From assembly GCA_017309115.1 (NCBI GenBank), contig JAFLEF010000001.1:184616-248615 (forward strand): a stretch of DNA of 64,000 nucleotides. Reading direction: 5' to 3'. The notes below the pieces were generated by a model. That model was not told where the DNA came from and did not search any database. It saw nothing but the letters and a program-made list of their open reading frames with translations. Position 1 is the stretch's first letter; every line of letters begins with the position of its first letter. Below are positions 37,255-47,310 of this stretch, piece after piece. The stretch is from Verrucomicrobiota bacterium (GTDB lineage: Bacteria; Verrucomicrobiota; Verrucomicrobiia; Limisphaerales; UBA9464). Both the position numbers and the translations under genes were made by a program.

Positions 37255-37344
37255 GTAGGGCGACGCTCCGCGGAGCCGTTCATCTGTGGACTCCTGACGC
37301 GTCATTCGCCGGGACCCGAACGGCTCGGCAGAGCCTCGCCCTAC
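37255..37344 (+). repeat. family-A palindromic intergenic element
   Basis: gtagggcgacgctccgcggagccgttcatctgtggactcctgacgcgtcattcgccgggacccgaacggctcggcagagcctcgccctac. Followed by cttaccc/cttaccg heptads and ctctcaac motifs up to ~37450. Confidence 0.85.
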
Positions 37345-37526
37345 CAACTCTCCCCTTTCCGGCCTTACCCGCTTACCCCTTACCCGCTTACCGCTTCGCG
37401 CTTACCGACTTCGTCTCTCAACTCTCAACGTTCATCTCTCAACTTTCCAGCCCCCTACCAGCACCCAGGTATTCCCAAATCCCACCGGTTCGCCACGATC
37501 ATCGGCAAAAGGAATGGAGATTCCCC

Positions 37527-37554
37527 CGAACCCTTCCTCGGCAAACGCGGTGTA
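37527..37554 (+). promoter_or_regulatory. candidate ECF-type promoter, CGAACC-N16-GGTGTA
   Basis: One of seven sites with the same bipartite motif and an exact 16-nt spacer. It ends 11 nt before ATG 37566. Confidence 0.5.
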
Positions 37555-37565
37555 ACTCCAGTGAG

Positions 37566-38249
37566 ATGACTGTTCCGAATCTGAAATCGCGGGCCGTCCA
37601 CCACGGCTTCACTCTGATCGAACTGCTCGTGGTCATCGCCATTATTGCCGTCCTCGCTGGCATGCTCCTGCCCGCCTTGGCTAAAGCGAAACACAAGGCG
37701 CTTGGAGTCCGGTGTCTCTCGAATGAACGGCAACTGGGCCTGGGTTTCGGAATGTATCTGCCCGACAACGCCGACCGGTTGCCCTATTCGCCCGAAGGAT
37801 ATCCCAACATCGCATTTGTGGATTTCTACAAGTTGATGCTTCCCTACCTGCCTACCAACGGCACGTTCTACCGCTGCCCGACCGACAAGGGTCCGATGAA
37901 CGTAATCTTTTCAAAGGCCTTCAATGTACCCACCAATCGGCTGCCGGTGCTGGCCTCCTATTGGTACGTGCCCGGTCTATCACACCTCTCCAAGCCCAGC
38001 AGCTTCACACCCAGACCGTATTCGATGCCAGCTGTCAGTTTTCCTTCGCAGAAGATCTTCTCTACCTGCCTCGCCATCGCGGGCAAGCAGGACATTATCA
38101 ACGGTAAGTTCATTAATCCTCGTGGGCACGGCGCCACCGGCTGGAATTTGTTGTTTGGCGATGGGCACAGCGGATTGGTGCGCGTGCGCGATATCCGGCC
38201 TGACCCGCAGGCTTATCTAGGTGCGCTCGACTGGTCTTCCCCTGGCTGA
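37566..38249 (+). CDS. prepilin-type N-terminal cleavage/methylation protein, H-X9-DG-like
   Basis: [27 protein letters not shown], with C-terminal [16 protein letters not shown]. Sits between sigma-1 and kinase K1. Confidence 0.8.
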   Translation: MTVPNLKSRAVHHGFTLIELLVVIAIIAVLAGMLLPALAKAKHKALGVRCLSNERQLGLGFGMYLPDNADRLPYSPEGYPNIAFVDFYKLMLPYLPTNGTFYRCPTDKGPMNVIFSKAFNVPTNRLPVLASYWYVPGLSHLSKPSSFTPRPYSMPAVSFPSQKIFSTCLAIAGKQDIINGKFINPRGHGATGWNLLFGDGHSGLVRVRDIRPDPQAYLGALDWSSPG

Positions 38250-38330
38250 CGGGACGTCGAGTGAGCACATGATCACCCACTCCTCCTTCCTTACTCCGGG
38301 TTCGTCCGCCTAGGGACCACTGCCTGAACC

Positions 38331-41300
38331 GTGCCCCAGCGAATGAATCTTTGCCCTCGCTGCCAAACCCCACTCGGGCGCGACGTGGGCGGCCTCTGTA
38401 CCGCCTGTCTGTTGGAGGGCGCCTTGCCGGCAGCCGATGGTTTGGCCGAGCCCATCTCCGCGCACGAACTCATCACAGACACCGCCCTGATTCAGCACTT
38501 CGGTCCCTACGAACTGCTCGAGGAGATCGGGCGAGGCGGCATGGGCGTGATCTACAAAGCGCGTCAGCCCGGACTGGACCGCGTCGTCGCGCTCAAGATG
38601 CTGCTGGCGGGTGAATTCGCCGACGCCAAGGCCCGGGAACGGCTCCTGCGCGAGGCCAAGATTGCCGCCCGCCTCAGCCATCCCGGCATCGTCACCATTC
38701 ACGAAGTGGGCGAACACCAGAGCCGACCCTACTTCGCCATGGAGTACGTGCCCGGCCGCAACCTCGCCCAGCATTGCCGCGACGGTCTATTGCCCGTGGC
38801 CACGGCGGTCCGCTATGTCGAACAACTCGCCCGGGCCGTCCACTATGCGCATCAGCACGGCGTCATCCACCGCGACCTCAAACCAGCCAACGTTCTGATC
38901 AGTCCCGACGACGAGCCGAAGCTCACTGACTTCGGTCTGACCAAGTCGCTGGTGGATCCGACCCAGACCGTTGAGTCGGCCGGTTCGCCCAACTTCATGG
39001 CGCCCGAGCAAGCCGACAGCACCTTGGGCACCACCGGTACACCCACCGACATCTACGGCCTCGGGGCAATCCTCTACTACCTCCTCACCGGACGTCCGCC
39101 CGCGGTGGGCGAGACCCTGAGCGAAACCCTGCGCAATGTGGTCGCCGGTGAACCGGTGGCTCCACGGCAACTGCGCCCCGCCCTGCCGCGCGATCTGGAA
39201 ACCATCACCCTCCGGTGTCTGGAGAAGGAACCCGCCCGTCGCTACGCCAGCGCCCAAGACGTCGCCGACGAACTGGCCCGCTGGCAACGCCACGAACCCA
39301 TCCTCGCCCGACCCGCCACCGGCCCCGAGCGCCTCGCCAAATGGGTCCGACGCCGACCCGCCATCGCCGCTCTCACTGCCGCCTGCGCGCTGGCGGTGAT
39401 TCTCGGTTTCGCGGGCGTCACTTGGCAGTGGCGACGGGCCGACGCGGAAGCCACCGCGGCCGCACGGGCCACCGTCGAAAGCCGCGCCTCGGAACTAGCG
39501 GCGCTGCGCAACGCCTATGTGGCCGAGATGACCATCGTCAGCCAGGCGGCTCAGCAGCAACGCTGGCCGGAAGTGCGATATAGCTTAGCGCGAACCAAAC
39601 CCGCTCCCGGGAAGCCCGACCTACGAGGTTGGGAATGGCGTTACCTCTGGCAGGCCAGTCGCCTCGACGCCGATGGCCGGCTGGCTGTGAGTACCAATGT
39701 GATTGGCTCGATGGCGGCCTTGGAGGATGGACGGACGGTGGTGCTGGGGGAAACGGAAGGGGGCTTTTCCTTATGGGATACCTCTTCGGGCCGCGAAACG
39801 TATCGCCTGCCGGAAACCATCAATCGGGTGCGGCATCCTTCTCTGTGGGGTGGCGCTTTGGTCATCTGTCGGGTGGCTACCATCCCGGGCACCGGGATGC
39901 TGGCCTATACCGAGTGTCGCAGCCCTACCAATAGCTTTGTCCACCTCTGGCATGTGGGACGCCGCGAATTAGTCCGCTCGATTCCGGTGTCCGGCATTCC
40001 GCGGTATCTGGCGGCTAGTCCCGACGGTCGTACCGTGGCCTGCAGCCTGATGGCGCCCGAGCGGGGGACGCCGGTGTTTTCCGTGGAGGATGGAACCCCG
40101 GTGGCGAACATCGAGAGCGAACCCTCGGGCTATTCCGCCTGCCATGCCCTGGCGTTCACGGCGGATAGCCAGGCTCTTTGTCTGGAGGATTACGGCACGA
40201 AGAGCGTGCGGGTGGTGAACCTCGCCACCGGACAGGACCGGTACCGCTTTCCCCACGAACAGGACATCCTCCTGACCGTGGCAGTCTCCCCCGACGGGCG
40301 CTGGCTCGTCACCGGGGCCGGCTTTGATAACAAACTTCCTCGGGTGCTGGTGTGGGATCTGCAAACCGGTGAGCGGAAAATGGAACTTCCCGCCAGCAGT
40401 CAGTTCGCGTTGAGCTTTTCCCCAGATGGCCGGCGTCTAGTCACGGGACTAAGCGTCTGGCACGTGCCTGAGTTCACCTTGGAGCGGGAGTTCACCGGTG
40501 CCGAGGCCAACCGGAGGGCAGTGTTATTGCTGGCCGATGGCGACACCCTGTTAGCGGGGTATGGTGGCGACATCCTGCGCTGGCAGCTGAGTTTACCGGC
40601 GCCCCATCGGCGAGGGTTTTCATTGGGCGAAGGCGCCGTGTGCGTCCCCTTTCTGCCGAACGCGGAAGGCGTGTTGATCTCCCGGACCAACGGTCGGGTG
40701 GACCGGGCGGTGGCGCCCGACTTCAAACTGGTCCCCGTGCCTGCCTTGGGCACCGACGCCGTGGCGCTCGCCTGGCTGACCGACCCTGATCAACTCGCCG
40801 TCGCTCGGCGGGAAGGCACCATTACCTTGCATGCGGCGGATACGTTTGCAGAGACGAGTCGCTTCGCCGGCATGACCCAGCCACCGACCGGATTCGCCTA
40901 CTGGATCCCCAAGGCCGGCGTGCTCGTTTTGGGAACGGTGGACGATCGGTTGGAGGCCTGGGATGTGCGGTCGCATCAACGAGTCTGGGAGGCACCCCAT
41001 CTCCCGGGACGGGAATTGAGCGCCCCGACGCCGGAGGGTGTCATCTGGCAGGTTCATGTTGATGGCTGGCTGGTCGGATACGACTTCCTGAACAAGCGGA
41101 TCCTTCGCCAACCGTTGGATCACGACGGCATGCATCGATTGGCCGTCTCTCCCGACGGAAACAGCCTGCTGCTCACTGCGCCTGAGGGGTACAAGCGGCT
41201 GGTGGACATTCGAACCGGACGGACGGTGGACCGCTTTGAGAACCTGAACCTGCCGGCCCCGCACGGTGGGGCCTTCTGGCCGAACGAGGATCGGATTGGT

Positions 41301-41510
41301 TTCTCCGGCCTCCATGTCGTGGACCGCGTTACCGGCCGGAGGCTTTTGACGCTCGAGTCGGATTTGGCCTTCGCCTCCGTGACCTTCATTTCCGACTCAG
41401 GAAGTCTGGTACTGACCGGGGACAGCCAACGCCGCTGTTATCTGTGGCGTGCGCCTTCGTGGGAGGAGATCCGCCGGGTGGAAGCGGCCGAAGCTGCTGC
41501 TGAGTGGTGA
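38331..41510 (+). CDS. membrane Ser/Thr protein kinase with extracytoplasmic WD40-like beta-propeller (K1)
   Basis: N-terminal CPRC...CTAC. Hanks kinase motifs GRGGMGVIYKA, HRDLKPAN, DFG, APE. One TM (PAIAALTAACALAVILGFAGV), then ~690 aa with repeated SPDG/...LWD-type blades. Start is GTG 38331 or ATG 38343. Confidence 0.9.
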   Translation: MPQRMNLCPRCQTPLGRDVGGLCTACLLEGALPAADGLAEPISAHELITDTALIQHFGPYELLEEIGRGGMGVIYKARQPGLDRVVALKMLLAGEFADAKARERLLREAKIAARLSHPGIVTIHEVGEHQSRPYFAMEYVPGRNLAQHCRDGLLPVATAVRYVEQLARAVHYAHQHGVIHRDLKPANVLISPDDEPKLTDFGLTKSLVDPTQTVESAGSPNFMAPEQADSTLGTTGTPTDIYGLGAILYYLLTGRPPAVGETLSETLRNVVAGEPVAPRQLRPALPRDLETITLRCLEKEPARRYASAQDVADELARWQRHEPILARPATGPERLAKWVRRRPAIAALTAACALAVILGFAGVTWQWRRADAEATAAARATVESRASELAALRNAYVAEMTIVSQAAQQQRWPEVRYSLARTKPAPGKPDLRGWEWRYLWQASRLDADGRLAVSTNVIGSMAALEDGRTVVLGETEGGFSLWDTSSGRETYRLPETINRVRHPSLWGGALVICRVATIPGTGMLAYTECRSPTNSFVHLWHVGRRELVRSIPVSGIPRYLAASPDGRTVACSLMAPERGTPVFSVEDGTPVANIESEPSGYSACHALAFTADSQALCLEDYGTKSVRVVNLATGQDRYRFPHEQDILLTVAVSPDGRWLVTGAGFDNKLPRVLVWDLQTGERKMELPASSQFALSFSPDGRRLVTGLSVWHVPEFTLEREFTGAEANRRAVLLLADGDTLLAGYGGDILRWQLSLPAPHRRGFSLGEGAVCVPFLPNAEGVLISRTNGRVDRAVAPDFKLVPVPALGTDAVALAWLTDPDQLAVARREGTITLHAADTFAETSRFAGMTQPPTGFAYWIPKAGVLVLGTVDDRLEAWDVRSHQRVWEAPHLPGRELSAPTPEGVIWQVHVDGWLVGYDFLNKRILRQPLDHDGMHRLAVSPDGNSLLLTAPEGYKRLVDIRTGRTVDRFENLNLPAPHGGAFWPNEDRIGFSGLHVVDRVTGRRLLTLESDLAFASVTFISDSGSLVLTGDSQRRCYLWRAPSWEEIRRVEAAEAAAEW

Positions 41511-41551
41511 GAAGCGACCAGAACCCGCGCTGCAAAAAATCCAACGATCTT

Positions 41552-41579
41552 CGAATCTTCTTCTCGGAAGTGCGGTGTG
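41552..41579 (+). promoter_or_regulatory. candidate ECF-type promoter, CGAATC-N16-GGTGTG
   Basis: Same motif and spacer as the other six sites. Ends 8 nt before ATG 41588. Lies 42 nt after the K1 stop. Confidence 0.5.
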
Positions 41580-41587
41580 CACTGGGC

Positions 41588-43807
41588 ATGAATTGGAAAC
41601 GCTCCCAGATTTGTTTTGCCTGGCTCTCTCGCATCCTCGCCCTACTGACCCTCACCGCCGAGTCCCGTCTCGCGGCGCAATCGCCAACTCCGTTCCGGAT
41701 CGACCTCGAATTTGGGGACGAGTGGTCTCAACCGGTCTACGAGAATGACGAGATTCGGGTTCGGATCATCCCGACGGGCGGACAACCGTCCGACCCGGCC
41801 GTTGAACTAAGCTGGTGGATCTCAGTCGATGATGGAGCGGGTGCCCAGCTTCCGTCGCCCACCGAGGGAGTAGAGTTGATCCGGCCCGGCGACCCCGCAC
41901 GGTGGATTACCCTCAAGATACCCGACGACACAGAGGTCCAGTCGGGTTCCGATCGGTATGCCGCAATCAAGATGAGCTCTTCGGCGGGACCCACTACCCT
42001 CGCCAATGAGTGGCTCCCCCTACTGGACAATGAATTTCGCTTCGCGGATGGGGTCTTCGAAACCCTGGGAGAACCCGCCCTCAGGCTCTCCCACACGTAT
42101 TTCGTCGATAGTTGGGGAATGGTCTCACCTAACCTATTTACGCCGACGCCAGACGGAGGCGCCTACGTCGTCTCTCATACCTCAACTGCGACCGAAACAA
42201 TGACATCGGTCCTGCGACACATCCGACCGGATCTGACCCTCGATCCGGATTACCGGGCCGAGACTCCGACCAACTCCTCCATCATTGGAGTTGCTCCCAT
42301 TCCTGGAGGCGGAGTAGTCGTGTTAGTGAATCGCGAGATCGATGGCCAGCAGCGGAGTGAGGTTGTCCGCCTAGACGCCAAGGGTATTGTGAACGCGGCC
42401 TACACGACGAATGCTCGGTCCTCGTTGGGCGACTTCTCGCCGTACCTTGTCCAGGCGACGGACGACGGGGTTGCCTACCTCGGCGGCTCGGGACGAATCG
42501 TCCGGTTGTCGGCGGACGGAACCGTGGATCGCCAGTTTAAGGAAGCCACCTTCAACGGAGATCTGGTGTCACTGGTCCGGCAGGATGAGAAGCTCTATGC
42601 ACTGGGATCTTTCAGCGACGTGGCGGGGCTGGGCACAAATCGGTTCGGAGCGTTCCGGATGCGGGAGTCCACGGGAACTGACCCGAGCTTTTCTGTTATC
42701 CTCAAAACCAACCAGAATGTGATTACTCAATTGGCGGAATTGGGTGACGGAAGGCTAGTCACCCACGGTGCGCCGCTTCTGAACCTGCATGATCACTCCG
42801 GGGTCACTCTTACGAACTTGTTTCAATGGATTTACCGTTACTCCCCACCGGTGCCCTTCCTTGGTGGCGGTAGTACTTCCAGTTCTGACTGGAACGCCCT
42901 TGCCCGCATGGGAGATGGACGGGTGGTAGGCTCAACATTTCACTTTGGTTCGCACGGTGGCGGCTTCGGTTTAACCACAAGATTAGAATCCATCGACTCG
43001 ATGTTGCTCGAACGAGGCCTGCAAGCGGCTGTACCATCAAAAAGCGCCCCACTGCCAATTCTTGGCAGTTCTTTCTGGGTTCCTTCTGCCGTTTACGCTG
43101 CTGGAGAATTCCTCTGGTTTGAAGACTCCTACCAGTCTTTCCAACTCCCCAATCCCATCGGCGAGCGGATGACCTACCGCCGGGTGCGTTGGACCGATGC
43201 TCCAGCAGAGGGCTTCGGAATGAGCCCTTCCCACACAGCCAAGCCCGGCATCCAATCCCACCAACCCATTGCCGTCGTCCGGCGATTCGGCAGTTCCGCT
43301 CGCGCCGCGCAAGTGGAGGCCCGGATCTCGTCCATCGCTTCGGATCCTCCTCAAACACTTCTTTCCTCGACCGTTTCCGTGTCCTTCCAACCAGGCGAAA
43401 CTTTAAAGCCAGTTTTCCTCCCCGAAGGAACACATCTCGCTCCCGGCTCGGTGGCGATCGTTCGGACCACCCTTCTCCCTGGTCCTCAGGCACCGATAGA
43501 GGGCGCCGCCACTGTGGACGCTTTGGTCGTCGGCGTGTCCCCAGACGCCGGCCCCAAGATGGGCATCCACCAGTTCGGCACCGAAATCCTGAGTGGAGAA
43601 CCGATCTTCAGTCTGACGGGCCCACCCGGGGTGCATGGAGTCCGCTATTCCGTGGATGGATTCCGCTGGAGTGGACTCGAAAGCGTGGACCTCACTTCCG
43701 AATCGCCGTTCGTTCTCTTCAAAACTCCATCCTGGGTTCACGACGGAGAATCTGCCCCTGGCCCCGACGCAGAAATGCTCTTGCTCCAAGCCATCCCGAG
43801 TCCATGA
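41588..43807 (+). CDS. secreted repeat protein with delta-60/DUF5122-like beta-propeller repeats
   Basis: Signal peptide MNWKRSQICFAWLSRILALLTLTAESRLAA (start trimmed from 41504, which overlaps K1). Repeats of the type RLDAKGIVNAAY..., RLSADGTVDRQFK...GDLVSLVRQDEKLYALGSF. Confidence 0.7.
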   Translation: MNWKRSQICFAWLSRILALLTLTAESRLAAQSPTPFRIDLEFGDEWSQPVYENDEIRVRIIPTGGQPSDPAVELSWWISVDDGAGAQLPSPTEGVELIRPGDPARWITLKIPDDTEVQSGSDRYAAIKMSSSAGPTTLANEWLPLLDNEFRFADGVFETLGEPALRLSHTYFVDSWGMVSPNLFTPTPDGGAYVVSHTSTATETMTSVLRHIRPDLTLDPDYRAETPTNSSIIGVAPIPGGGVVVLVNREIDGQQRSEVVRLDAKGIVNAAYTTNARSSLGDFSPYLVQATDDGVAYLGGSGRIVRLSADGTVDRQFKEATFNGDLVSLVRQDEKLYALGSFSDVAGLGTNRFGAFRMRESTGTDPSFSVILKTNQNVITQLAELGDGRLVTHGAPLLNLHDHSGVTLTNLFQWIYRYSPPVPFLGGGSTSSSDWNALARMGDGRVVGSTFHFGSHGGGFGLTTRLESIDSMLLERGLQAAVPSKSAPLPILGSSFWVPSAVYAAGEFLWFEDSYQSFQLPNPIGERMTYRRVRWTDAPAEGFGMSPSHTAKPGIQSHQPIAVVRRFGSSARAAQVEARISSIASDPPQTLLSSTVSVSFQPGETLKPVFLPEGTHLAPGSVAIVRTTLLPGPQAPIEGAATVDALVVGVSPDAGPKMGIHQFGTEILSGEPIFSLTGPPGVHGVRYSVDGFRWSGLESVDLTSESPFVLFKTPSWVHDGESAPGPDAEMLLLQAIPSP

Positions 43808-43858
43808 CGGCGTCGGCAGCGATCCCGTAAGTCCCAACCGAGCCCGTGCAACGTCTCG

Positions 43859-43886
43859 CGAATCCTTTTTCCGAAAGTGCAGTAGC
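43859..43886 (+). promoter_or_regulatory. candidate ECF-type promoter, CGAATC-N16-AGTAGC
   Basis: Same architecture as the other sites. Ends 9 nt before ATG 43896. Confidence 0.45.
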
Positions 43887-43895
43887 AAGGGGTGC

Positions 43896-46800
43896 ATGAA
43901 TCACGCACTCCCGGATTCCCATCCTCAGCAACCGCAGCGCGTCCGCCGTTGGTACTCTCGCCTGTTGGCCGCTCTAACCAGTGGTCTCCTCGTCCTCCCG
44001 CCTGGGCCGACGGTGAACGCCGATGCGCCGGACTCTGGACCGTTGCCCCGACTGCTCTTGCCGACGAAGGAGTCGAACGCGTCTTCGGCAGCCACCGCGT
44101 TCGCCCGCCGGGACCCGCGGTCGACACGTCCGCTGATCCTTAATCCTGCCGTGGTCGGGTCACCCTCCTCCTGGCTGCAACCCGGTGGCCGATTCCGACT
44201 GGACCTGCTGGAACACCAGGACATCACGGTGGCCATTGAAGCCGTGGATGCCACGGTCACCGGTGGGCAGATCATCCGTGGGCGCGCCACTTCCGATGAG
44301 GCCAGCAGCGTGACCCTCACTCTGGAAGGCAAGAGCCTCACGGGCTTTGTTCGACTCTCGGGTTTGGGCGCTTTCCGCGTCGCACCTCAGGGCACCGGTG
44401 AAACGCTGGAGGTCAGCCGGGTGGAGGCCCGGGCGCATGCCCTGTGCAGCACGTTGCCACAGCCGGTGCCCGCTCGTACCGGTGTGGTCCGCCACGCGGA
44501 GGATCTGCCGCCGGCCGATACGTTGGCGGAACCGACCGTAGTGGACGTGATGTTTCTCTACACGCCGCAGACGGTCAGTGCCGAGGGCAGTGAGGAGGGA
44601 ATTCGCCGCCGCGTTCTGGAGTCCGTGGAAGAGACGAACTACCGGCTGACCAACAGTCTGATCAATGTTCGAATCCATCCGATCTACATCGGCCTCTACA
44701 ACACCGTCGAAACCGGTGATCTGCCTCGGGACACCTACCGCTTGTCCAGTGGAACGGACGGCATGGAGCGGGTCCCTCAGCTGCGCAATGACTACAAGGC
44801 CGATCTCGTGTGCCTACTCACGGAGTGGGAGAACCAAGGCATTGGCGGCATGGCCTGGGACTTGACCCCTCCTCAGGGAAATCCCGCCACCGGGTTTGCG
44901 GTGATCCGGCGGCCCCTGATGGCGAAAGGCTTTATGGTCCTCGCTCACGAATTGGGACACTTACTCGGCTGCGCCCACGATCGGGAACACGCCGGGTTTC
45001 CCTTGGATGGCGAGTTCGCCACGGCCCGAAAGCCCTACATGTTTGGTCACCGTTTCGAGGTCGAAGGGATTACCTACATCGACACGATGTCCTACGAACC
45101 CGGCATCTACGTACCCTACTTTGGGAATCCCAAGTTATCCCTGGATAGCGTGCCTCTCGGGAAGCCGGCGGAATCGGATCGCCCCTCGGACGGAGCCCGC
45201 ACGATCAATGAGACCGCACCGTATGTCGCCCGGTATCGCACCGCCCTGAGTCGAATTGAATTTGCAGAGGCACGGGTGGTCGCTGCCGAGGAATCCGGGT
45301 CGGCGATCATCCGGCTTGTGCGCACCGGCGACCTCAACACCAGCACGCGAGTCAACCTCTCGTTCGACCCCGCGAGCTTGGCCAAAGTCTCCCTCGATTA
45401 TAATTGGCCGGCCGCCACCTTGGTGGAATTTGGCACCAACCAGGCGACCGCGGACGTGGTGATTCCCGTCCTCACCGACACACTCGCAGAGGGAGAAGAA
45501 TTCGTCCGAATCAGCCTCCGGAACGTGCTCGGTGATCACGGCATCGGGCTCGAACGCACGTGCGAACTGGTGATTCTGGATGCCAGCACGCCGGTCGCCT
45601 ATTCCCAAGTCGAGTTCCCGGAGGGTCCGCTCGCGGTGATGGAATCCGCGAGCGAAGCCCGAGTCCGGGTCAGGTACACCGGGCCGGCCGACGTCGAGGA
45701 ATCCGTCATTCCCTATCGAACGGCCGACGGCACCGGCAAAGCCGGCGTCGACTTCCAAGCCGTCAGTGGATTTCTCACCAACCAACCCGGAACAGCCTCC
45801 TGGGAAATCCCGATTCCGCTGCTGCCGAATCCCGCCGCGGGACCCGATCGGACACTGAACCTCGTCGTGGGCACCCGTACCAATGCCATCCGAATTCTCG
45901 ATGAACAGCGCGTGGGTGCCTTGCGGGGCAATCCCGGCCGCGACCTGTCCGTTGCCGGCGACTTCAACTCCCGGGTCCGAGGCGACGGCAAGCTGCTGGT
46001 CTGGGGAAATTTTTCCCAACTGGCCGGACAGAAACGTACCGGGATCGCCCTACTCAACGCCGATGGCACCGTGGACGACGGATATCGCCCCCCGGAATTC
46101 CTCTTGGGACATCGTCGCCTGGAACGCGTCCCCACGGCAGGGATCGCCGCCGTGGCTGCGCAAGCCGACGGCAAGCTGGTCCTGGCCGGTAACTTCTCAC
46201 GCATCAATGGGCAACCCCGAACCACCATGGTCCGGCTCAACTCCGACGGCTCGGTCGATGAGACCTTTGGTCGGAACTTGCGGTTCGACGGCGCCGTTCT
46301 GGACGTCGTCCTCCAACCTGATGGCCGTATTCTCGTGGGAGGTCCGTTCGAGCACATCAACGGCGTCCGGCGTCCGTTCATTGCCCGACTCCAGCCCGAC
46401 GGCAGCGTGGACGAATCCTTTCGACCCAATGGCGGGCCCACGAGCGACTGGACCGTCAACATCCACAGCATCGCCCTTCAGGTCGACGGAAAGATTCTCA
46501 TAGGCGGCTACTTCAAGGAAGTGGACGGCACGCCCATGCTGAACCTGGCCCGACTCAATCCGGACGGCACGTTCGACACCACCTTCAAGTTAAAGAGCGG
46601 AGCTTCGGGCCCGGTCTGGCGTATTCGCGTGCAACCTGACGGCAAGATCGTCGTGGGCGGAGTCTTCGATACTCTCGGAGGCCGGGCAGCCAAGAGGCTG
46701 GCCCGGCTTTATCCCGATGGCTTGAATGATCTAACGTTTCGTCCGCCCAACCCGAACGCTGATGTGAATGACTTCGTCTGCCTGCCCGACGGGCGCCTGC

Positions 46801-47273
46801 TGGTGAAGGGCAGCTTTACCGCCCTCGCCGGAAGGGAACGCCGCTTCCTGGCGATGCTGAATCCGGACGGCACCTTGGATGCCGGATTCGATTTGGGCAC
46901 GGGTCCGGATGATTTCCTGGGATCTCAGTTACTCAACGTCAGTGAAGGAACCTCGATCCTGGCCGATGGCACCTTGTATCTCTCGGGACCCTTTCCGCAC
47001 TTCAATGGCCTGGCTGCGCCCAATCTGGTCCGGCTCCATCTGGGCGAGTTGGTCCCACGCCTGCAGGGCGAGCGCCCCACTCAGGACGAGTCTCGGGGGA
47101 TTGTCCACGGTCTACCCGGTGGCGTTTACCCGATCGAAGCGAGCGGCGATTTGGAGCACTGGCAATCGGCCGGCGAAGTGCGCCTCACGGGGTATGAACG
47201 CGAAGCTCGGTTCACGCTGCCCGCTCCGGCCGAAGGCAACCGTTTCCTTCGGCTCAAATCCCCGAAGCCCTGA
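43896..47273 (+). CDS. secreted metzincin (reprolysin-like HExxHxxGxxHD) with Calx-beta domains and delta-60-type propeller repeats (MP1)
   Basis: Start trimmed from 43635 (which overlaps the upstream gene) to MNHALPDS...RLLAALTSGLLVLPP. HELGHLLGCAHD starts at 44946, with Met-turn TMSY downstream. Calx-beta-like modules (RIEFAEARVVAAEESGSAIIRLVRTGDLNTSTRVNL...). At least 8 repeats of the ARLNPDGS.D..F type. C-terminal tail ...NRFLRLKSPKP. Confidence 0.85.
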   Translation: MNHALPDSHPQQPQRVRRWYSRLLAALTSGLLVLPPGPTVNADAPDSGPLPRLLLPTKESNASSAATAFARRDPRSTRPLILNPAVVGSPSSWLQPGGRFRLDLLEHQDITVAIEAVDATVTGGQIIRGRATSDEASSVTLTLEGKSLTGFVRLSGLGAFRVAPQGTGETLEVSRVEARAHALCSTLPQPVPARTGVVRHAEDLPPADTLAEPTVVDVMFLYTPQTVSAEGSEEGIRRRVLESVEETNYRLTNSLINVRIHPIYIGLYNTVETGDLPRDTYRLSSGTDGMERVPQLRNDYKADLVCLLTEWENQGIGGMAWDLTPPQGNPATGFAVIRRPLMAKGFMVLAHELGHLLGCAHDREHAGFPLDGEFATARKPYMFGHRFEVEGITYIDTMSYEPGIYVPYFGNPKLSLDSVPLGKPAESDRPSDGARTINETAPYVARYRTALSRIEFAEARVVAAEESGSAIIRLVRTGDLNTSTRVNLSFDPASLAKVSLDYNWPAATLVEFGTNQATADVVIPVLTDTLAEGEEFVRISLRNVLGDHGIGLERTCELVILDASTPVAYSQVEFPEGPLAVMESASEARVRVRYTGPADVEESVIPYRTADGTGKAGVDFQAVSGFLTNQPGTASWEIPIPLLPNPAAGPDRTLNLVVGTRTNAIRILDEQRVGALRGNPGRDLSVAGDFNSRVRGDGKLLVWGNFSQLAGQKRTGIALLNADGTVDDGYRPPEFLLGHRRLERVPTAGIAAVAAQADGKLVLAGNFSRINGQPRTTMVRLNSDGSVDETFGRNLRFDGAVLDVVLQPDGRILVGGPFEHINGVRRPFIARLQPDGSVDESFRPNGGPTSDWTVNIHSIALQVDGKILIGGYFKEVDGTPMLNLARLNPDGTFDTTFKLKSGASGPVWRIRVQPDGKIVVGGVFDTLGGRAAKRLARLYPDGLNDLTFRPPNPNADVNDFVCLPDGRLLVKGSFTALAGRERRFLAMLNPDGTLDAGFDLGTGPDDFLGSQLLNVSEGTSILADGTLYLSGPFPHFNGLAAPNLVRLHLGELVPRLQGERPTQDESRGIVHGLPGGVYPIEASGDLEHWQSAGEVRLTGYEREARFTLPAPAEGNRFLRLKSPKP

Positions 47274-47310
47274 GGGGCTGGAGGAAGTTGAGAGACACAT
47301 ACCCGCCCTG

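Noticed and set aside
43635-43895. 5' extensions of track ORFs: 43635-43895, 41504-41587, 10999-11301, 10461-10634, 8406-8747, 6627-6896, 26459-26725, 30995-31177, 56312-56503
   Set aside because: The extensions overlap the preceding gene or read through intergenic repeats. An internal start followed by a signal peptide or the conserved family N-terminus exists in every case. In three cases the trimmed start is preceded by the regulon motif.
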